A stretch of DNA of 64,000 nucleotides from Halocafeteria seosinensis (Eukaryota): NCBI GenBank assembly GCA_001687465.1, contig LVLI01000101.1:186001-250000 (forward strand), read 5' to 3'. The translations under genes and the position numbers were made by a program. A model generated the notes under the pieces. The model was not told where the DNA came from. It made no database searches and saw only the letters and a program-made list of their open reading frames with translations. Shown here piece by piece: positions 57,589 through 64,000 of the stretch (positions are counted from its first letter, which is position 1; each line of letters opens with the position of its first letter).

Positions 57589-59599
57589 TCATAAAGAGAT
57601 ACTCTGGGGAACTTTGACCTCGGACTGACTTCCGTTCACGGCGATGAGACCAATTTCGAATGTGCGATTCCACGGATAGTATACCGAGTCGAGACGCCAT
57701 GGAAGGCCGAACTGGGAAGCAATGTTTTCAGTACGACTTGCGAGAACTTTGTAGCTGTAGCGTTCGTAAAAATCTAGATCCTTGTATAGTGTGTTGTTCG
57801 TCTCGCCATTAACTTGGTCGATGTACTGTTGGAGCTCACCACGCAGCACGGCCTGGTAATAGCAGTCTTCAACTAACCTCAGAGTATTGAAATATGTGTT
57901 TGCACAGCCCCCTGTACAATTGATATTTTGGTCTAGTCGAGTGGTACCGGCTGCACGCTTTGTCTCATGTTCTGTGGTACTTCCTTGAGTAAATAGATGG
58001 AGCAGAATTGTGTTAGCAATAGAGCAACCCAAAGTGTTGCCGTCTGTGTTCCACCCAGCGTAAGCAAATCGGTTCATGTCTAATCCGGAAGCACGCGTGT
58101 CCGATCTACAGCTCGATTCGTTGGCAAGACGGCGTATGAAATCCACAAAAATGATGTCTGCTCCGTTACTATACCTATTGTCAACGAACCCGATAATCGA
58201 CGTGGTGGTCGGCTTGCTTGAGGGATGCCTTTTTTGATCCAGCGTAGTGGACTGGTCGTTAGGACAAACATAAGGGCGGAATTTATCGTAGTCCGATATT
58301 GAGCGGCCAGTAGTATTTTGATTAGGAGCTTCCACCTGGGGTTGGACCTGGAAATTGTTCACCAACAAGGTTGCCTGGGGATGCTTTGAAAATGAACTGT
58401 TCCACTGGACACCACCAGCTGATTCCAGTTGAATCGACAAAGTTTCATTCATTGGCAGTTGTTCATAAATGGGCACATAGTCCTTGGTGGAATCGTTGCG
58501 ATAGATCACCTGTAGAAGGGGAGGGATCCCCTGCGATGCTGTATCGACCGAAAATTTCGAAAGAAGTGTGAATCCAATTTCATCGGAACCTGGGTAGACT
58601 TTAGAAAATTTAGACAATATAGAGCTTTGTTTTACCCGTTGGCGCAGCATAGTTGCCTCCTCCACATTAAACCCATACTCGGTAGCATCATCCTGAAAAA
58701 ATCCCAGGGCATTTTTCACTACCTGGTATGAAGTCTTCTATATTACCATTTACGAAGACATACCTGTGTGATATACAATGCTTCTGCCTTTAAATCTGGA
58801 CTATCCATGTCATTTAGCAGCTTCATAGTGACATTGAAGTTCCTCTGTCTTCTCCAGAGAAACTTGCTCAAAACGTGAGTAGGAACCTTTGCCTTGGCGC
58901 TGAGCGCCTGCGATAAGAAAAATAGTACGTTTTAAAACCTCTCACACGATATGCCTACCATACGTAATGGTTATCATTGAGACATACCTTCTGTAAATCT
59001 CCCTGATTGTGAGTATGGTTATACTTGTCCAGGTAAAAACTGTAGGTGAAAATGTATCTTCCATAAAACTCCCAGAACCACGGTTCTTCAAAGTCTGCGT
59101 TGTAAGACGGTATGCGCATCACCACTGTTCCAATATACAGCGACAAGTTTGGATACTTCCGCTTGTAGTTCAGTAACTGGTCTAACCGGTTCTCAACTTC
59201 CTCCGTGGACGTATTAGATCGGCGGCTATTGATGAGTCCACCGTACAAGTACATTTCTAGCGAGACTATCAGTGCGTCTGCCTTTGCAATGTGGTCATCG
59301 ACCCATTCGTGTAGCTTCTCCAAAGGGGCAGGCTGCCTGAGCTTGGATAGCAACGATTTCGGTGGTGTTATCACTTTGAACGGGGTGATTTGTGCCATAT
59401 TCAGGAAGGCATCTCGGGTGGTAAAGCGCTCGTCAATGGGGATATACATGAGCGTTTTAGTCTCCTCTCGGTGACCGAAGGGTCTGCCTGTATCAGCGTA
59501 TACGGAGGAGGTAGCGTCCTCATAGTGGCTGTCGCACGTCCCCAATGGCGCTAGGATGCAAAGTATTGTGATACACGCAACCAACAGCTTTAAAAGCAT
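57589..59599 (-). CDS. DUF4127-family protein with signal peptide
   Basis: YIPIDER, SLEMYLYGGLINSR, QDD, YPGSDEIG, YAGWNTDGNTLG and PWNRTFEI match the DUF4127 pattern as I recall it. N-terminal MLLKLLVACITILCILA. Three GT-AG introns at about 58700-58990. Confidence 0.8.
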
Positions 59600-59842
59600 T
59601 TTTTACAGGCGGTTAATCCGAATAGCTCACCCCGAACGACGGGTGTGACAACGCAAGCTACACGGTTTATACAATCAAATCAAGGATTGCTTCAACACTA
59701 CCATCTGTTGGGGTTGTGTCATATGTGTATTAGTCCACTAGCTAAACTACCACTACCCTATGTGTCAAAAAGATTTTACGACTATTTTGTGGCCATGATC
59801 ATAATACAATCGCTTACTCAGCAATGCGAACACTTCCTTGTT

Positions 59843-62167
59843 TTACTTGTTCAGTCTCTCCTTAACATAGCTCATCTGATCCGCAAGCTGGTACATCTTC
59901 TTGCTCAAAGAAGGATGGTTACGTCCGTGGCGTTCGATGAAGTCATGATGCAAGTCGAGAAGGAATCTAGGAATGCAGTTACTGCCAAGCAAAAAAAGAA
60001 TAAAACAATAAATAAATAAGTTAAAGCCATTTATTTAAACGCGTTCACATAACAACAGCAGAAGTAAATAACGTACTCGCCAGCTTCAGCTTCTTCCAGT
60101 TGAGCCTTAGCATCTTCCGTGCTGGGCATCTCAAATGGCTTACCACTTCGGTCGTACTTTCCTGTCTCAGGTTTCCGAAGAACGTCTTCGTCCCCGAGGG
60201 AAATTTGCTGTGCAATGCTCTCATCTCGATGCTTGCGCAGGTAGGCCTTGTAAGGGGTACCTCCTGTACATCGGTCGACAAAGGATACAACAATGCATCA
60301 TTGTGCATAAAACAGTTAAGAGGTTATCACGTACCAGTTGCTGTACCAAAGTCCGTGTAACGAGCAATGTACATGTCGGCGTACACAACATGGATAGCCC
60401 TGCAATACGAAGATGCGTCACACGTGAACGAACACTCAGAGGTATCATGGGCGAGCAACTTGTCATACCTGAAGTAATAGACGTTACGCACACATTCGTT
60501 GAAGAGTTTGGCCAATTCACGATCTCCCGACTGGATGATGAAGTCTCGCAAGCGATGCCTTTGGTTGACCGATTCCTCGGAAGTGGTATCTTCCTTACCC
60601 CGCAGCGCGTTTTGCACGCTGTTCGGGTCATCCGTGAAACCACCTTCTTTGTAAAACTTGTTGCGGAGGTAGCACAAATACTCGCGATGAGGTTTCGGAC
60701 GGTAAGACTCCAAGTCTTGCAACATGTCACGAAGGGCATCTTTCTTGTGTTCAATACCCAAAACTGCATCGAGACTAGGGATGATAGTGCTCTGTGCACC
60801 GGTCTCTCCTCGTAGTTTCATAGGGCCTGGGTTCTTAGCACCCTCAAAATATACTCCATCGGGGAAGTCCGGGTTCCCCACGTATCCGAAAATCCAAGGT
60901 CGCACATGGCTGCAGAACATCCTCCGTGGCTGTGTAATGATCCCATCTTACCAATCAAATACTGAACCAGCTAGCTTACGTTTCATAGTTCTTTGGTTCA
61001 CACCCGTTGAACATCTTGAGCTCAGCAACAATGGTTTTCTCAAGTCCCTCGCGGATGGTATCCAAACCTTGATGTACACCGTTTTTATCCCCTTTGTCTA
61101 AGGCGGGCTCAAGGATGTTGTACCCCTGCGTTCACAACAGAGACAAGGGGAATCATGTGGGTTCCGACTAATTAATTGGTTCGATACGACATACCTTCAC
61201 AAGCTGTGGCATATGAGCTTCCATTTCAATGTGCACAGGAGTAAACGTTGCTTCTTCTGGACCACCATCGAAGGCGCGGATCATTCTGAGGTTTTCCCAG
61301 TTAGTCCGGTTCTGCGAGTAATAGACAACGTCTCATCTGTAAAACGGCAGTTCGTCACAAGCGCAGAAGCACATACAAGTTCATCGTCAGGGCATACAGA
61401 ATACGTGTTGCACAACGCATAGCTGTCGTATCCCATGATTTGCTTCTCATCTGTGAAGCAGAATTGAGACATGATTGGGCAGTTCGTCGGCTCAACACCA
61501 TTATGGCAACGTACCAAGCAGAGCGGCAACGGTCTCGAACGGGACAGACAGTTGTTTCGGTACCGTTGTACGAGGCTTGCCAGTTTTCTGCTTCCCTTCA
61601 ATGAGATATCCAGCTGTCAGCACAGACAAATCCCGGTAGAGAGACTGTACCGTGAAGTCGGAACAGAATTCCCGTATTGCAAGAACGCTTTTATTGATCT
61701 CTCACGGAAGCGAGCGTACCTGGATCAAACGAGCATCTCCAGCATCTTCTGCCACATTGTACTCCGGCAATTCTTGGACTGCTTTGGCAACAGCATCCGG
61801 ATCGTCGCTTCGGATCAAAGCTGGCATATTGGTCATCAGCTTCTCCAAGGCAGTGTATTTTTCCGGGAGTTGACGGAGACCTTCAGGCATGCTGAGGAAA
61901 CCATTCTTGTCCGTCACATGGAAAATGTTCTCCTTTTCGAGCTTTTCCAAATCTGTAGGGCAAGAAACGTACTACTACTAACAAAATCATGCAAGTGCAG
62001 TGAACTTGGACGAGAATATCTTCTCTTGGAAGCATTCCTTTCGCTTGATTCCCTCACTTTCCCCTCTCTCTCTCTCTCTCTGTCTCCCACGATCAATCTA
62101 CTGCAAACGCACCTTTGGGATCTGCACGGGAGCGAATTTCTTGCTTAATCTCGGCAGGAGCTTCCAT
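59843..62167 (-). CDS. Indoleamine 2,3-dioxygenase / PrnB-family heme dioxygenase
   Basis: NGFL, YDSYALCN, EATFTPVHIEME, VRPWIFG, LRGETGAQSTIIPSLD, YRPKPHREYL, FRAIH (proximal His), TATGGTPYKAYL. Multiple introns, ATG 62167, TAA 59843. Confidence 0.85.
62064..62081. repeat. (CT)n microsatellite in first intron of the IDO-like gene
   Basis: ctctctctctctctctct run. Confidence 0.8.
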
Positions 62168-63029
62168 TGTTCTGGCTTTTTACAGGACGCGAAGGAATGA
62201 GTTGGGGGACGTCGAGGACGAGCAAGCGCTAAAGGCTATAAACAGACTACTACGTGTTAATCTTGTATTCCAAACTATCTAGGAATGGACTATTTGAGCA
62301 ATGTACTGATGGTACGGTCTGCAACAATACTTTTCGTCACTTATGATAAGAAAGGCGGCAATTGCCTACTCCGGGAGGTGGAGGAACCCGACTAAGGGCA
62401 ATCTCAAGGGAACAAAAAAGGTCTTCGCCCTTTGACACGTGTTCCACCTTGAACTTCCCTTCCTGTTGTCAGCGAGATGTAGTTGTCCATCTCTACGGTG
62501 CCATGATCAGAAGAGGCTTTATGAATCACTGCACCTTTTTTGGGGAGCACGCCCTGCATTGAGCTCACCACTGCGGCGCAGGGAATCGGGGAACCGGCAC
62601 CATTAGCTCCTGGTTGGATACTTCAACGTGGGACAATGCACTGCATAAACATGGAAAATCCCGACACGATAGACCTAAGTATTGGTGACTAGCAACAAAA
62701 ATTAACGTTTGTAAACTTCGAATGGGGTAGGTGGTCCCCAAACAAGCGCTTCTACATCATGCGTCTCCCACTTGTGACCAGAAGGCAACTCCGCAAGTTC
62801 CTCGTATAAGTGCTCCACCATTTTCCTTTATTGATGCCGGTTATGCAAAATGTTTATTCCACAGAGGCTGAACAAAGCGATTACGAACGGACAAGCGTGT
62901 AGGTTCGCGCGACTTGCAACAGGACCAGCACGATGATCGATTAAGATGCCTAGTCAGATTTTATGTGCAGCAGTCGCTTTCTAAAAGCAACCATTCGACG
63001 ATTGAATTCGTCCAAATCGAAAGCTCAGC

Positions 63030-63476
63030 TCATCGTGAAGGTGAACACACAAGGCATTCAATGGTTTCTTTCTTCTTCTTTATTAGCTCCCTTAAACCAA
63101 AGTGCTTGGGTTTCAGTGACTTCAGCTGCTCGAATGTTAGCCAATAGTCGGCGTCACTCTCCCAATTGCCGACAGGTGTAAACTCATCTTGGACAACTCC
63201 AACAAAGTTCTGGTATTCGAAATTTGCTTGAGGGTCTTTGAAACGATGTATGCGATGCAGAACCACGTTCCCCGTGTATCCGGTCTCCTCCCTCAACTCT
63301 CGTACTGCGCATTGTTCACATGTTTCTCCAGGCTCTAATTTGCCTCCGTAAACTCCATAGGTTCTACCTTCGAATACCAACTCGCTCCTCAGCTGCACTA
63401 AGAATCGGCCTGTTTTCTGTGCAAGAACTAAGACTCCAGCTCCTTTGTCACCGAAGTATTCATATTGCTTTGACAT
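63030..63476 (-). CDS. Nudix hydrolase
   Basis: Nudix box GGKLEPGETCEQCAVRELREETGY. ATG MSKQY at 63476. No intron within the domain. Confidence 0.9.
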   Translation of the reverse strand: MSKQYEYFGDKGAGVLVLAQKTGRFLVQLRSELVFEGRTYGVYGGKLEPGETCEQCAVRELREETGYTGNVVLHRIHRFKDPQANFEYQNFVGVVQDEFTPVGNWESDADYWLTFEQLKSLKPKHFGLRELIKKKKETIECLVCSPSR

Positions 63477-64000
63477 TATCTCCCTTTTCAAAATCCTGGC
63501 ATTAACTCCTCGAAGAGTGTTCGCTTATGTGTGTGCTGCGTTCAGGAGTATGAGTGTGGTAGCCCACTGGTTAGGAAGTTGACCGCATCCTCTTCGCGGT
63601 ATACCGGTACCGTATAGTATACGGCGTATACGCAGTTGCTGAGTAGCGATCACTTGACAACAGTCGTCGGTGTCGCAGCCGCAAAATATTTGACTCGGAT
63701 GGTTCGATTAAGTAAAACGTACTTACCAATACACATATCTGCGAATCCAGACGTATCGACTCCCAATTTAAGCTCTGCCAAAACTCGAACATCCTTGAAC
63801 TTCAACTTCGTGTGCGAACTGGACTAAACATCCGTTCTCCATGAGGATTGAATGGCACATATTCTATACCAATTATATAGATAGATCATGTCATAAAGTG
63901 TGCATGTGGTTGTGGTTGAGGCGTGTATGGAGCCTGTGGCAAGGGATTGACGGTCCGACAACGTGGTATGGCGACGGTATTCTCGGTCTTCGAGGAGGCT

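Noticed and set aside
60135..60815. 226-aa plus-strand ORF, and 61471-62148
   Set aside because: Antisense to conserved IDO exons, with no motif support.

Overview
Gene-dense eukaryotic nuclear DNA, not prokaryotic. It has about 25 protein-coding genes interrupted by short GT-AG spliceosomal introns (mostly 60-90 nt), very short intergenic spacers and one tRNA-Trp(CCA). The gene content (EF-hand/WD40 protein resembling flagellar types, GNPTAB, dcd1-like Ntn hydrolases, Zn2Cys6 factors) fits a non-fungal heterotrophic protist, but that is inference only. Gene models were spliced by eye, so boundaries are approximate. Recognisable genes: two Zn2Cys6 transcription factors with PAS-like regions, Rad7-like LRR, HDDC2, a SAM protein, a 1820-aa Pro/Ser-rich protein with 240-bp tandem repeats, an EF-hand/WD40 protein, an ART(PARP)-like/coiled-coil/TLDc fusion, SNAPC4-like Myb, RNF25-like E3, a NOP2/Sun m5C methyltransferase, two tandem dcd1-like paralogues, MOSC/mARC, RWDD1, a CHCH protein, GNPTAB, renalase, DUF4127, an IDO/PrnB-family heme dioxygenase and a Nudix hydrolase. 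The most striking observation is visible only after splicing: a PINK1-like non-RD kinase fused to a ubiquitin-like domain that keeps the Ser65-equivalent residue, followed by four SPRY domains, directly upstream of an RNF25-like ubiquitin ligase.
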